Positions 39,560 through 52,254 of a stretch of DNA of 64,000 nucleotides are shown here, in pieces. Under the pieces are notes generated by a model. That model worked only from the letters and a program-made list of their open reading frames with translations, did no database searches and was not told the origin of the DNA. The position numbers were made by a program, and so were the translations under genes. The DNA lies in the NCBI RefSeq assembly GCF_006345805.1, contig NC_042998.1:178684001-178748000 (forward strand). The letters run 5' to 3'. Position 1 is the stretch's first letter. Each line of letters starts with the position of its first letter. The stretch comes from Octopus sinensis. Lineage: Eukaryota.

Positions 39560-40970
39560 AATATTGGTGTCCTACCACTTGAAAGGCAGTCCTCGGCAAA
39601 GCTAAGAGTCCTTTTCATCCAACATTGTTTCTGTTTATTCAGCAACCACTTTACAGAGTGCACTGGGTTCATTTTGCTATGGCATGAGAACTAGAAAGAT
39701 AGTGATCCTACTGTACTTTTCATTCTATTTTCTTTCCTATTGATTACAACTTCAAGTCTCTTGGGAATAGGATTTGCTTTGAAGTTAAGATTACTTCTCT
39801 AAATCTCCCACTAAATTATCTATGAGAACTAAGTCATCAATATTCAGAAATTCCCAAGGACAGCTGGACTTAAACTCCTCTATTATGGCCCTGCAAGCTA
39901 AATTCCTCACTGAAATTGTTAACCTTCACTCTACTGGCAATCCCTCTGTACATGAGTTGCATAACTCTCACAAGCCATTCATCTATCTTTAATTTCTTTT
40001 AGTGACCACCAAACTATAGAGCATACACACCTGTGAAAAGCTTTCTTCTGCTCAAACAAAAACTAGTTTCAGGGTGAACTTTACACTTGGTTATGTGCAA
40101 CTTCTGTAGTTAACTCACTAAAAAGACAGTTGTGGTGGTGGTATTTTAATTATCTTCCTAAAAGGCTCACTGCAATTCTTTCAGTAACTTTTATAACTTA
40201 ATCCATCAATTTAATGACTGTAATTCCAGTCCGTCGAGGATTTTCTTTGCTCTTGTTGCAATTGATGATGATACTACACTGCCAGTCATTAGGTGCAACT
40301 CTTCCTTGTACTATCTGCATTACTGAGTGGTTAGTATATGACCTTGACAATACTTGTTAGTCTAGCTTAACTCTGCCTTCATATTTTTAAAGGCGCTTTC
40401 AAGCACACAATTGTCATAATTGGTTGATTCCCACAAAGTGCACCCATACATTCTTTTCATTCAAAATTTCTCACTCATTTCTGACTCTTCACTGTCACTG
40501 AGGGTAAGTACTTCTTTATAATTCAATACATGCCACTCCCAAATGACAACTCAGTTCTCTCCAGTACAATGCCTTGCAAACCATGCCTTTGAACCTCACA
40601 TCACAGAACATATATAATCTACTTTCTTTTGGTTTCTTCCTAGCTTACTACACCTGGCTTCTAGCTTCTCTTCTAGCTATATGATAGTGTTGGTTGCTTC
40701 CTCCTTATTTCCAGCATTTCCAGATTTGTCTCTACAGTTTTATGGCTCTATCTTTGAATATGTGTTTTTATTGAGATTATACCTATTTTTATACAAAGCA
40801 CTTTACTGACAACAGCTCTGTACATGAGTTGCATAACTCTCACAAGCCATACATCTATCCCAAATTTCTTTTAGTGAATACCAAACTACAGAGCAAAGAA
40901 ACCTGTGAAAGGCCTTTATCAGTTCAATCAAAAACTAGGTAGAGGGTGAGCTTACACCTGGTCATGTGTA
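39560..40970 (-). mobile_element. Old RTE fragments, including a repeated segment of about 150 bp (39945-40100 and 40810-40965)
   Basis: Minus-strand remnants NDWQCSII.NC, VIKVTERI and KAF...IVWWSL. Confidence 0.6.
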
Positions 40971-41023
40971 AAAATAGGATAGTTTTACAAATATCTCAAG
41001 CAAGAATAATTCAACTCTTACTC

Positions 41024-41077
<54 letters not shown>

Positions 41078-41581
41078 GAGAGAGAGAGAGAGAGTACATT
41101 TTGAAGAATGCATTTCCTTTTCTTATTAATGATGGATTTTACTGAATTCTTAGACAGGCATAAAGTTAATTTTCACAAAGAAGGAATATATTCAACTGCT
41201 ATATTCTTGCTATTTATTTCAATATCTTCTGATAGAGTGAAAGATAATGTAGATCCTAGCAGGAATTGAACTCATAACTAGATTAAATGTACTGCATTTA
41301 GTTTGACATGTTGCTCTCTTGGATTTGTACAAGAAGATGAAGATGACTGGATTTCTTATATAGGTACAGCCATAAGAAATGAATCAGAGAAATGAGAGTT
41401 ATAATGCTCATGCGTTTTTTTCAAGAGTATGAGTCAAGCAATTTTATTCAAGATTTGAAATTACATTAATAAGCTTAGCTTACCAAGAATTATGGCCATG
41501 ATATAACAGCCAGGTAATATATAAGTAAAAAGGTTTTGAATAACTTTGACATAGAATACTTAAATGTTGCTTGATACTTAC

Positions 41582-41763
41582 GATAATGCAATGCCCCAAT
41601 GTGATTCGGAGAATTTTGTAGCTACTTTAAAGAGGACCATGCCAACAAGACACATTGCTGGAATTATAGTGACTGGTCCAATGAACTTCATCATTACTCC
41701 TACAACACCAGTAGCACCTATAAGGAAGTGAACAATCCCTGCCAACATCAAACTTCCTTCAAG
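41582..41763 (-). CDS. SLC23A: SLC23/NAT exon (LEGSLMLAGIVHFLIGATGVVGVMMKFIGPVTIIPAMCLVG...SHWGIAL)
   Basis: cag/gtaagt splice sites, 182 nt; family-typical GSL, GxxG and IGPVT motifs. Confidence 0.93.
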
Positions 41764-42088
41764 CTGGAATGAGAAGAAAAATGGAGAGAATAAAAATATG
41801 TACAGTTAGGAGTGATAGAGATGATGGCAATTATATAGAGGAGAAATAGTATCAGAAAAATGTTAGATTTTTTGAAGAATGCTTAAGGTAATGAGTTATG
41901 ACATAAAATTAGAATCAGGAGTGGTTGTGTGGTAAGTAGCTTGCTTACCAGCCACATGGTTCTGGGTTCAGTCCCACTGCGTGGCACCTTGGGCAAGTGT
42001 CTTCTACTATAGCCTCGGGCCGACCAAAGCCTTGTGAGTGGATTTGGTAGACAGAAACTGAAAAGAAGCCTGTTGCATATATGTATAC

Positions 42089-42138
<50 letters not shown>

Positions 42139-44208
42139 TTGTGTTTGTCTCCTTAGCATTGCTTGACAACCGATGCTGATGTGTTTATGTCCCCGTCACT
42201 TAGCAGTTCGGCAAAAGAGACCGATAGAATAAGTACTGGGCTTACAAAAGAATAAGTCCCAGGGTCAAGTTGCTTGATTAAAGGCGGTGCTCCAGCATGA
42301 CTGAAACAAGTAAAAAAGTAAAAGAGTATGTTGCAATGAAGTTGTCAGTGAGGAAGCAAGCCACTAATCCAAGAAAATAAGGGTATTTACATGAAATAAT
42401 AGGTTAATGGTGGTATGCTTGCTATGAGCTGGATTGGAAACAAGAATAGAATCAGTGTGAATACCTTAGAGCTGAAGGAGAAACTAAAATATTAGGCAGA
42501 GCAATTTCATCAAGAATGAAAGAAAATATTCTTATTCTTTGATAAATAATTCCACTTAGTAATACATTAGTCTCTAATTCACTTCACAACACAACAACAT
42601 ACAGCACCTCAGCAAAATTATGTTAAAGCATAGCTCAAAAGTAATGTCTTTAATAAAATGACTTTTATACTAAACTATAACAGAAACTTTGCTAATATCT
42701 AGTACAATGGTTTTCCTTTCGTAAATGTTTTACACAGTAAAAGAATATATGTAAGCTGTCATTATCATGATCATCATCGTTCTAACATCTACTTGCGTAA
42801 GTCAGACAGAATTTGTTGAGGCCAATTTTCTATGGCTGGATACCCTTCTTGTTGCTAGTCCTCACCTAGTATTAGTTGTGAATGTAAAATGTAAATAGTA
42901 TATGTTAAATTTAAAATAGAGAGCCATTCTTATTAAGAAATCAGAGCAGGAATATGCATCAAAGAAATTAAGTTATGTTTGGCAAATGATCACAACACTC
43001 AACTGGAGAGATAGAAAGCAGGTAGAAAAAACAGGGATCAAGAACAGGGGGGAAGTCAGTACCCTTTTGATACCAAACCACCTGAGAATACTTCTGGTTC
43101 TATGATCCAAACTTCTTTTGTTAATATGATTTAAATGAAAACTACCCATCAAAATTTCATGTTAATTTCTTCCGGATATCAGCTTAATAAGAACAAAGTA
43201 ATTGAAAATTTTCTTTGATATTTTCAAAATTAAATGAAACAAAGGCAACATATTTCAAAAGAATATGGTAGCAAAAGGATTGACTGGTTTTTCAGTAATA
43301 GAAATTATTAACATGGAACAATTTCTTCATGTTTTGTTTGACTTGCAGCTGCAGATATTTTGATTAATCCCCTGAGAGAGCTTTTTTTTTTATAAGTGAA
43401 TGGCTGCATGTGGAATATATAGAAGAGAAGAAAAGAATGAAATAGAATGATTTCTTTTAAACTTTTGGAAGTCTAATCTCTGAATGATCAGATGTGAATG
43501 ATATTCTCTACCATCGTCAGCATAGGATTGATCACGATTAATTGGCTGTCTTTAACAACCAGAATGTATGAGGTAAGGGCTGGGGGTTCATTTATAAACA
43601 CAATGAAAATATATTATGAACAGACAAAAGGAAAATAATCTTATAAAATCCAAATAACAATATCACTTCATCACAAATGTTTCCGATTATAAGTGAGAAC
43701 TGACCAGTTGCTAATTGTGGGCGATTTCTTTCAGATATTGAATACTGTTTATATGCAGTCAATTGTAGAGATTATAAGTGGATAGTTTCAAAACTTAACT
43801 GTTTAAGATGAATAGGACATGAAGTACACTTGCTTTTCAAGGAAGTGGAAATAGCTAACAGAACTAGCTGATTTGAACGCCAGCTATTTCAAGTGACTTA
43901 CAATATAAAACAATATTCACTAACAGGTTTAAACCAAAATTTCAACAAAAATGCAAAGCTTAAAAGATTTTCCAATATACATAAATTACCCTATAAAATT
44001 TTGTAATCCTGCTAAACCAGCTGGAGAAATAAAAGAAATATTTAACGAGTTTTCAAAAAAACAAAAAACTAGTTTACAAGTTTGAAAATAATACTTCATG
44101 AATAATGATATAATTTGAAGAGAAACTGCAACAGCCAGTCATTATTTCATCTATCCAATACTATCCCCTCAACCTATATTACCATCACTAATGCCATCCT
44201 TACTAGTT

Positions 44209-44600
44209 ACACTCTCAATTCTCTACATGAACGACCTACTTGCTATCACTTCTGACAACATGCACTGCTTTATAGCTGATATTACCCTTCATTCCTTCTA
44301 CACAAAGCTTAAACACCTCTAGCCAGAAATACACAGCCTCCAAGAACCTTGAAAACGCCCTTTAATAGGGAGACATACCAACCTAATAACCTTAAAGAAC
44401 CTAAAGATTCAACCATTAGGGGTATATAAGATTGAGTTTTGCATGTTATCCTCTCTAATCATTACAAAACTATAGACATCAAAAGAAGGCTAGAGATTCA
44501 ATTACCAATATGCTTTAACCATAAGATTACAAACACAATGTTTTTTACCTCACACTCTTCTATCAATACTACAATGGTCTTGATCTTCTGGCCTAAATGG
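44209..44600 (+). mobile_element. CR1/L2-like RT remnant
   Basis: TLSILYMNDLL...HCFIADITLH resembles LFLLYINDL...HxFADDxTL. Confidence 0.5.
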
Positions 44601-44689
44601 TAAATGTTCTCTTATCAGGTCCACTCCTGTAATCCATCTTCTCATCTACCCCCTACCATGTCTCACTTTCCAGACTTTGCACAAGTTTT

Positions 44690-45750
44690 TAAGTCTTTTA
44701 TTGTCAAGAGACTTGAAAGACTTAAAATCCATTGCACAAGTAAGGTGAGGGTTGGCAATGAGTATAGCAAAGAATTTCAGGTTGAAGTAGGGGGTTTGCC
44801 AAGGATCAGTCCTCAGCCTCCTATTGTTCATCATTGACCTCCAGGCAATAACAGAGGAATTCAAGACAAGCTACCCTGGAAGCATCTCTATGCTCTAATA
44901 GTTGAGTCACTACCAGAACTGAAAAAGAAGTTTCAGGTGTGAAAACAAAGTGTAGAATTGAAGGGCCCTAGAGTTAACCTAGCAAAAACCGAAGTCTTAA
45001 TAAGTAGGAGGGTAGACAAATTGCAAGTCCCTTCAGGTAGATGGCCCTGCTCGATCTGTAGAAAAGGCATAGGTAGAAACTCCATAAAATGTACCTGGTG
45101 TAAGCTATGGGCACATCAGAAGTGCAGCAATATCAAAGAAAGGTTATCTTGGAAGATAGTTTTGGTATGTGGCAGATACACAAGTGCAATAAACACCGAA
45201 GATGTACAGAAAACAGATTCCATCACTTGCCAGAGGAAAAAACTAGAAGTAGTTGATAGCTTCCATTACCTAGATGACCACATCAGTAGCAGGGGTAAAT
45301 GCTCTGACAGCGTAACTGCTAGAATAGGAATAGCCTGGCCAAGTTCAGAGAGCTCCTTCCTCTGCTGGCAACAAAGGAACTCTCGCTCAGACTGAAAGGT
45401 AGACTGTATGATGCCTGTATGCGAACAGCCATGCTACATGGCAGTGAAACATGGGCTGTGACTGCTGAGGACATGTGTAGGCTTGAAAGAAATGAAGCTG
45501 GTTATGTTCTGCTGGATGTGTAATGTCAGTGTGCATACACAACAGTCTAAGTGCCCTTAGAGAAAAGTTAGACATAAGAAGCATCAATTGTGGTGTGCAA
45601 GAGACACGACTGTACTGGTATCATCATGTGATGCATATGGATGAGGACAGCTGTGTGAAGAAGTGTCACACCCTAACAGTGGAGGGAACCTGTGGAAGAG
45701 GTAGACCCAGGAAGACATGGGATGAGGTGGTGAAGCACAGCCTTCGAAAG
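44690..45750 (+). mobile_element. RTE fragment (RT C-half with PHD)
   Basis: RVNLAKT, GRWPCSIC...WAHQKC...CGR, and CGRGRPRKTWDEVVK. Confidence 0.9.
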
Positions 45751-45789
45751 TTACAGCAATGGGGGTTGGCAACAAGAACCTGATCTATG

Positions 45790-46000
45790 TGTCTTTAGGT
45801 ACAAGAAAATACAGGAGGATCAGTTAATTATGATTTTATTCGACATATTTCCCTCTCAGATTTACACACTTATAGCAACGGTCCTCCAGTTTTTCTAAGC
45901 CCAGTAAAACAACTTGGAAGGTTAGGCCTCCAACTAGACATTTTTGTGAGACCCCTAAAGCTAACACCTTTCCAGCATCCCCGCATACAAACAGAACATC
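45790..46000 (-). mobile_element. Mariner 3' end fragment
   Basis: LEKLEDRCYKCVNLRGKYVE* is a typical mariner transposase C-terminus. Confidence 0.6.
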
Positions 46001-46209
46001 ATCATCATTTTAACATTATCATGTTTACACATGGATCAGGTTCTTGTTGCCAACCCTCATTGCTGTAACTTTCAAATGATGCCACCCCACTGGCAATGCA
46101 AACAGGCTAATATTAACCCCTGAATGGTAGACCAGTCCATCTACAAATAACTCTAGTTTTGTTTAATAAGCACCTTTATTATATCTCATGCTGCAAAGCA
46201 GAAAACTTA

Positions 46210-46495
46210 GAGACACCACTAAGAAAGGCTGCTCAAGAGAATGAATAGAAGGAGAGTTAACCAAATGTTGACTCAACAGAGGGACCAGCTATCCGAATTG
46301 GCAGTACCCTGGTAGATATAGCAACTAAGGGTATGAAGACAGAGAAAGCCCCCAGCCCATCAGGAATCACTGATGAGATGCTTAAAATATCTGGTGATGT
46401 TAGTTATAGTCTAACGACCCTTTAAGTTAACCAGGTGATACACAAAGGAATCATACCCAATGACTGGTGTAGCAGCACCATAGTCAACTGCCACC
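46210..46495 (+). mobile_element. Short RTE fragment
   Basis: Matches 48060-48320 (TEGPAIRI, MKTEKAP, PNDWCSSTIVNC). Confidence 0.8.
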
Positions 46496-46870
46496 TTAGA
46501 TAAAAATAATTACAGAGAAGAAAAGAATGTCAAATGAAGTGTATATATATATATATATATGAGACCCCCTTCGGTCATGACTGGCCATGAGACTGCACAT
46601 AGAAAGTTACCCTCAAAGGCACATGTCCGGGCAAGGTTGTTTATGGAAGACCAGCAGTCGCCCATGCATATCGGGCCTCTCCTCTCCAAGCCACCAGTGT
46701 TATCCAAGGAAAAGGCAAAGGCCGATGCAGCTTGGCACAGATGAATGAACTGGAGCAACATGAAATAAAGTGTCTAGCTCAAGAACACAACACGAAGCCT
46801 GGCTCAGGATTCAAACTCACAACCTCACGGTCATAAGCTTGACACTCTAACCACTGAGCCATGTGCTTTC

Positions 46871-46872
<2 letters not shown>

Positions 46873-46928
<56 letters not shown>

Positions 46929-46981
46929 TATATATACACACATATATATACATATTATATCTGTATATATACATATATGTA

Positions 46982-47028
<47 letters not shown>

Positions 47029-47170
47029 AAATATATATATATATATATATACATATATGTATATATACATATATATATAAATATACATATATATATAAAT
47101 ATACATATATATATATATATACTTACATATAAAAATATATATACATACATAAATATATATATACATATTG
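46873..47170. repeat. Large (TA)n compound microsatellite, representative of many others (e.g. 480-690, 20760-21220, 56500-57020)
   Basis: Direct reading; these tracts generate the IY/YI/CV/TH ORFs in the track. Confidence 0.95.
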
Positions 47171-47729
47171 TATTTCGAAATGGTCATTTACCTAGTTTAG
47201 CCAATAAAAACACACGCACTATATATATTTGGTGTTACTTTGCTTCATTGTTATTTATTTTTTACATTAATCTTAATCTTATTTCGGCCAGAGTTCTTTC
47301 GTCACACTCCTGTGACCGCATCAGTGGTCCTTTGCTTTCTTCTTTCTTATTTGTGTGTCTCTCCTTACTAACCGTCAGCCATTTTGTACAATATATATAT
47401 ATATATACATACATATATATACATATATATATAAACATACATATATATATAAACATACATATATATACATACATTCATATATATTCATACATATATACAT
47501 ACACACACATGCCCACACACACACACACACACACACGCACACACATGATAGATCGTTAGCCACTACACACATTTTTTTCTCTCCTTGTTTTTTATGTGTC
47601 CCTTTCTATAGAAGAGCGTAGGCTTGAAACGTAAAGACTTTTTCTATTCCTGAGCGTTATACTAATACATCTGTTTGTTTTGTACACCACCTGTCTTCGT
47701 CTTTTGTTTTTTTCGTAAACTCTCCCCAC
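47170..47729. mobile_element. Probable non-autonomous Penelope-derived element with internal TA/CA microsatellite
   Basis: No ORF. Hammerhead-like motif near the left end (minus strand) and a weaker one near the right end (gaagagc-gtag-gctt-gaaacgta, 47611-47633, plus strand). Confidence 0.45.
47285..47330 (-). ncRNA. Minimal type-I hammerhead-like motif with variant core
   Basis: Minus strand reads ggacca-CTGATGCG-gtcaca(ggag)tgtgac-GAAA-gaaCTC-tggcc. Stems I, II and a tiny stem III are present; the core deviates from CUGANGA. Confidence 0.55.
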
Positions 47730-47730
47730 A

Positions 47731-47802
<72 letters not shown>

Positions 47803-50389
47803 TGTATCAGACTGCCAAAAGAGAGCTAGGAGACAGGTTTATTTAGCCAGAGGGAAGCAGATAAGAAAAAATTTGCCAATGTTCTGCGCCGTGAGGACCA
47901 AAGACTGGAGGTGTTTCGTGTTGCAAGACAGTGTGTGAGAGAGAATCGTGATGTGGTAGGAGAGAAGTGTGTTCGCATGGAAGATGGTTCACTTGCGCTA
48001 AATGAGGATGCAAAGAGAGAGGTTTGGAGATGCCACTATGAAAGGTTGCTGAATGAAGAAAATGAATGGGATAAAGAGAGTCTGCCGAATGTTGACCCAA
48101 CAGAGGGACCAGCTATCCGAGTTGATAGTTCCGTGGTAGCTAAGGCAATTAGAAGCATGAAGACAGGGAAAGCCCCAGGCCCATCAGGAATCACTGCAGC
48201 AGATGCTCATAATGTCTGGTAGTGTCGGCTATAGCCTAGTCACCCGTATAGTTAATCAGGTGATACACAAGGGGTCATACCCAATGACTGGTGTAGCAGT
48301 ATAATAGTCAACTGCTACAAAGGTAAAGGTGATGCCCTAGATACAAATAACTACAGAGGTATCAAGCTGTTGGACCAGGTGATGAAGGTTACGGAGAGGG
48401 TCATAGCCCAACTAATTAGAGAGAGAGTTAGTTTAGATGAGATGCAGTTTGGGTTTGTGCCAGGGAAAAGTACTACTGATGCTATATTCCTGGTAAGGCA
48501 GCTGCAGGAGAAATACCTAGCCAAAGATAAGCCCCTGTACCTGGCTTTTGTTGACATGGAGAAAGCCTTCGACAGGGTCCCCCGATCCCTTATCTGGTGG
48601 GCAATGAGGAAACTAGGGATAGATGAATGGTTAGTGAGAGCTGTGCGGGGCATGTACAGGGACGCCGCTAGTAGGGTGAGGGTTGGAAATGTGTAGTGAA
48701 GAATTCCGGGTAGAGGTAGGAGTCCACCAAGGCTCAGTACTCAGCCCCCTCCTATTTATCATAGTCCTCCAGGCAATAACGGAGGAATTCAAGACAGGAT
48801 GCCCTTGGGAGCTCCTCTATGCTGATGACCTTGCTCTAATTGCTGAGTCGCTATCAGAACTGGAGGAGAAGTTTCAGGTGTGGAAACAAGGATTAGAATC
48901 GAAGGGCCTCAGAGTCAATCTAGCTAAAACCAAAGTCGTAATCAGTAGGAAGGTAGACAAATCACAAACACCTTCAGGTAGATGGCCCTGCTCGATCTGT
49001 AGAAAAGGTGTAGATAGAAACTCTATAAGATGCACCAAGTGTAAGCTATGGACACATAAGAGATGCAGCAATGTCAAAGGAAGGCTAACTAGGAAGATGG
49101 TTTTTGTATGTGGCAGATGCTCAGGAACAATAAACACTGAAAATGCTCTGAGACCAACTTCCGTCACTTTCCAGGGAGAAAAACTAGAAATAGTTGATAG
49201 TTTCCGTTATCTAGGTGACCAAGTCAGCAGCGGGGGCGGGTGTGCTGAAAGTGTAACTGCTAGAGTAAGAATAGCTTGGGCAAAGTTCAGAGAGCTCTTA
49301 CCTCTGCTGGTGACAAAAGGCCTCTCGCACAGAGTGAAAGGCAGACTGTATGATGCGTGTGTACGAACAGCCATGCTACATGGCAGTGAAACATGGGCCG
49401 TGACTGCTGAGGATATGCATAAGCTCGCTAGAAATGAAGCCAGTATGCTCCGATGGATGTGTAATGCCGGTACTCACACTCGGCAGAGTGTAAGTACCTT
49501 GAGAGAAAAGCTGGACCTAAGAAGCATCAGTTGTGGTGTGCAAGAGAGACGTTTGCGCTGGTATGGTCATGTGGCGAGAATGGATGAAGATAGTTGTGTG
49601 AAAAAGTGCCACACCCTAGCGGTTGAGGGAACCTGTGGAAGAGGCAGACCCAGGAAAACCTGGGACGAGGTGGTGAAGCACGACCTTCGAACTTTAGGTC
49701 TCACTGAGGAAATGACTAGAGACCGAGACCTCTGGAAGTGTGCTGTGCGCGAGAAGACCCGGCAGGACAAGTGAGTCCATGACCCGTGGCCTTCTACATG
49801 GGATGGAGCCAGCCTACGTATGCATACCTTCCCTTCTGGGACACAAAACTCTACTTGTGAAGACGTGATGAGGCAAGTGAGGATCAGAATCGAAATCGAT
49901 CAATGGAAATTGCGGATGTGCTACCAGTGCCGGTGGCATGTCAAAACTCTGCTTGTGAAGACCCGTTGAGGCAAGTGACGATCAGAATCGAAATCGATCA
50001 ATGGAAATCGATCAATGGAAATTGCAGATGTGTTACCAGTGCCGGTGGCATGTAAGAGAACTTTCCGTTTCGCGACCGTTGCCAGCACCGCCCCGTTTCG
50101 TGTCCGTTGCCAGCCTCGCCTGGCCCTCGTGCCGGTGGCACATAAAAAGCACCATCCGTTCGTGGCTGTTTGCCAGCTCTGTCTGGCACCAGTGCGGGTG
50201 GCACGTAAAAAGCACCCACTACACTCACGGAGTGGTTGGCGTCAGGAAGGGCATCCAACCGTAGAAACACTGCCAGATTTGACTGGGCCTGATGAAGCCT
50301 TCTGGCTTCACAGACCCCAGTAGAACCGTCCAACCCATGCTAGCATGGAAAACGGACGCTAAACGATGATGATGATGATGATGATGATG
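47803..50389 (+). mobile_element. RTE-clade LINE, 5'-truncated, best-preserved copy; RT with PHD insert, 3' UTR and (GAT)n tail
   Basis: Motifs QFGFVPGKSTTDAIF, FVDMEKAFDRV, GVHQGSVLSPLLF, YADD and FRYLG. Frameshifts near 48200 and 48690. Flanked by TA microsatellite on both sides. Confidence 0.96.
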
Positions 50390-50807
50390 TATATATATGA
50401 GATATATACGAGTACCTCATGTTCATCTACCTATTACCTCAATCCACTTGAGTAATATAGGTAGAATGAGATATTTTTATCTATTGGCTGAAACAGCTGT
50501 AAGTTATTTTACCAATTTATATTCATGTTTTTTCATAATAATAACTGATATCCTTATATATTACTATATCTTATATCTTATATGTAAAGAATAATATGCT
50601 TTATGTTATTATAATTATAAGTTTAATAAATAAATAAGTTAACATTTTAATGTCCAAAAGTTGATGAACCACCTATTGTTCTCCTCCATTTTCTTATTTG
50701 CTGTATATATATATATATATATAAACCATTAAGTGAAGTGGTATGGGAAATGAACATATATTTATTTAACCAGATGACTTCCATAGGGCTACACCTATTT
50801 CACAACA

Positions 50808-50979
50808 TTCTTCATGTAGTATTAATTTCAGTATTGGAGAAATTTTGCACACATATTTGCATTAGTGTGTACATTCATCATTATACAATCAAATATTCAT
50901 AAACCAAAGCTAGCGTACATATTAACGCAAACATGTACACATAATTTCTTTCATACTGAAATTAATACTACATGAAGAA
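50808..50979. repeat. Inverted repeat: 65-bp arms, 42-bp spacer (MITE-like)
   Basis: ttcttcatgtagtattaatttcagtat is mirrored at 50953-50979; inner mismatches are mostly transitions. Confidence 0.85.
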
Positions 50980-52177
50980 GGTTACAACTAAATCAGTAAT
51001 TGCAGGTTGCACCTGGGTCTCAGCATTTGGTAGCCACCAGTATTGTAGCCACTTGCTGCTGGTATCTGCAAAGCTGGTTATGCCTCATGCATTCTGGTCA
51101 TAAGATATAGTTGGCCGATGCACTGGATGCAATGCGCTTATCATACTGCAATCAGCATACTTAAGCTGCAACAGCAACTTCTGCTCATCACTAGCTGGTG
51201 CTTGTGAGTCAAAATATGTGGCATCACATCCTTCAATTTTGGTGATTCTGAAACTACAACCAGTATTGATGTTAACAGAAGAATGAAAGGCATAGTAACA
51301 GTTTGTGTAGAGAAATGAAACTACTTTCTATTTTTTTAAACCATCCTTACTGCCATATAAAAATAAGACTAGAGAGACATAGCCTACGAATATTCAATTT
51401 ATATTCCTATGAAACAGCCTTAATTATAACAGAAGGACCCTGTTTTTTAATAATGAATGCCCTCTTATAGTATTCTGAAGAACTTTTATTATTGAAACGA
51501 ATTATTATTAAAGTTCTTTCATAAAGAGCTCCAACATGTGTTAATTAAACTAGATCTCTAACTCCAATACTCACACTTCCCTTCTTTCTTATCAACCAAA
51601 TACATCCAGCCATTTTTATACCTGCCTACTCAGTCTACATCTACAAAAATCCAGATGTTTCTTTGGCTTTCTCCACCACTTTTAAATAAAAGGCAAAGAC
51701 TCCCTTCAGTTATGAATGACTGTAGGATTGCACCTAGAAATTTTCATTCCAAGACACAAGTCCAAACAAGGTTGTTTATGGAAACCAGCAGTCACCCATG
51801 CATACCAACCTCCCCTCTCCAAATCACTGATGTTATCCAAGGGAAAGGCAAAGGCCAATACAGCTTAGCACCAGTGATGTTGCAACTCATTTCTGCAGCT
51901 GAGTGAACTGGAGCAATGTGAAATAAAGTGTCTTGCTCAAGGATACAACACACAACCCGGTCCAGGCATCAAACTCACTACCTCATTATTGTGAGCCCAA
52001 TGTTCTAACCAGAGCTTTGTGCTTTCACCAATCTTAAATAATCCCCCAGATATTCAGGTACATATCAAATGCATCAAATTAATCTAACCTTCTTCACATA
52101 ACCCAATCATTATGAGACTCTCCCCATGTTAGGAGTCTGGACACATCGCTTGTTGGACACAAAGAAAATCAACATAC

Positions 52178-52254
52178 CAGCTGAACCTTGAGTAGAGTGC
52201 TATCATAATCTCTTTCAATATCTGATTGGTTGGTTGCATTAAGCATTGATTTGT
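52178..52254 (-). CDS. SLC23A: SLC23/NAT transporter, most 5' coding exon found in window (xKSMLNATNQSDIERDYDSTLLKVQL)
   Basis: tatttttcag acceptor and gtatgt donor; 77 nt, phase 1 to 0, open, joins in frame to LEGSL. NAT and NQS sequons fit an extracellular loop. This stretch is poorly conserved, so confidence is lower. Confidence 0.75.

Noticed and set aside
51431-51442. QGPS on the minus strand resembling the SLC23 TM3 motif
   Set aside because: There is an in-frame stop six codons later and no RLP upstream.
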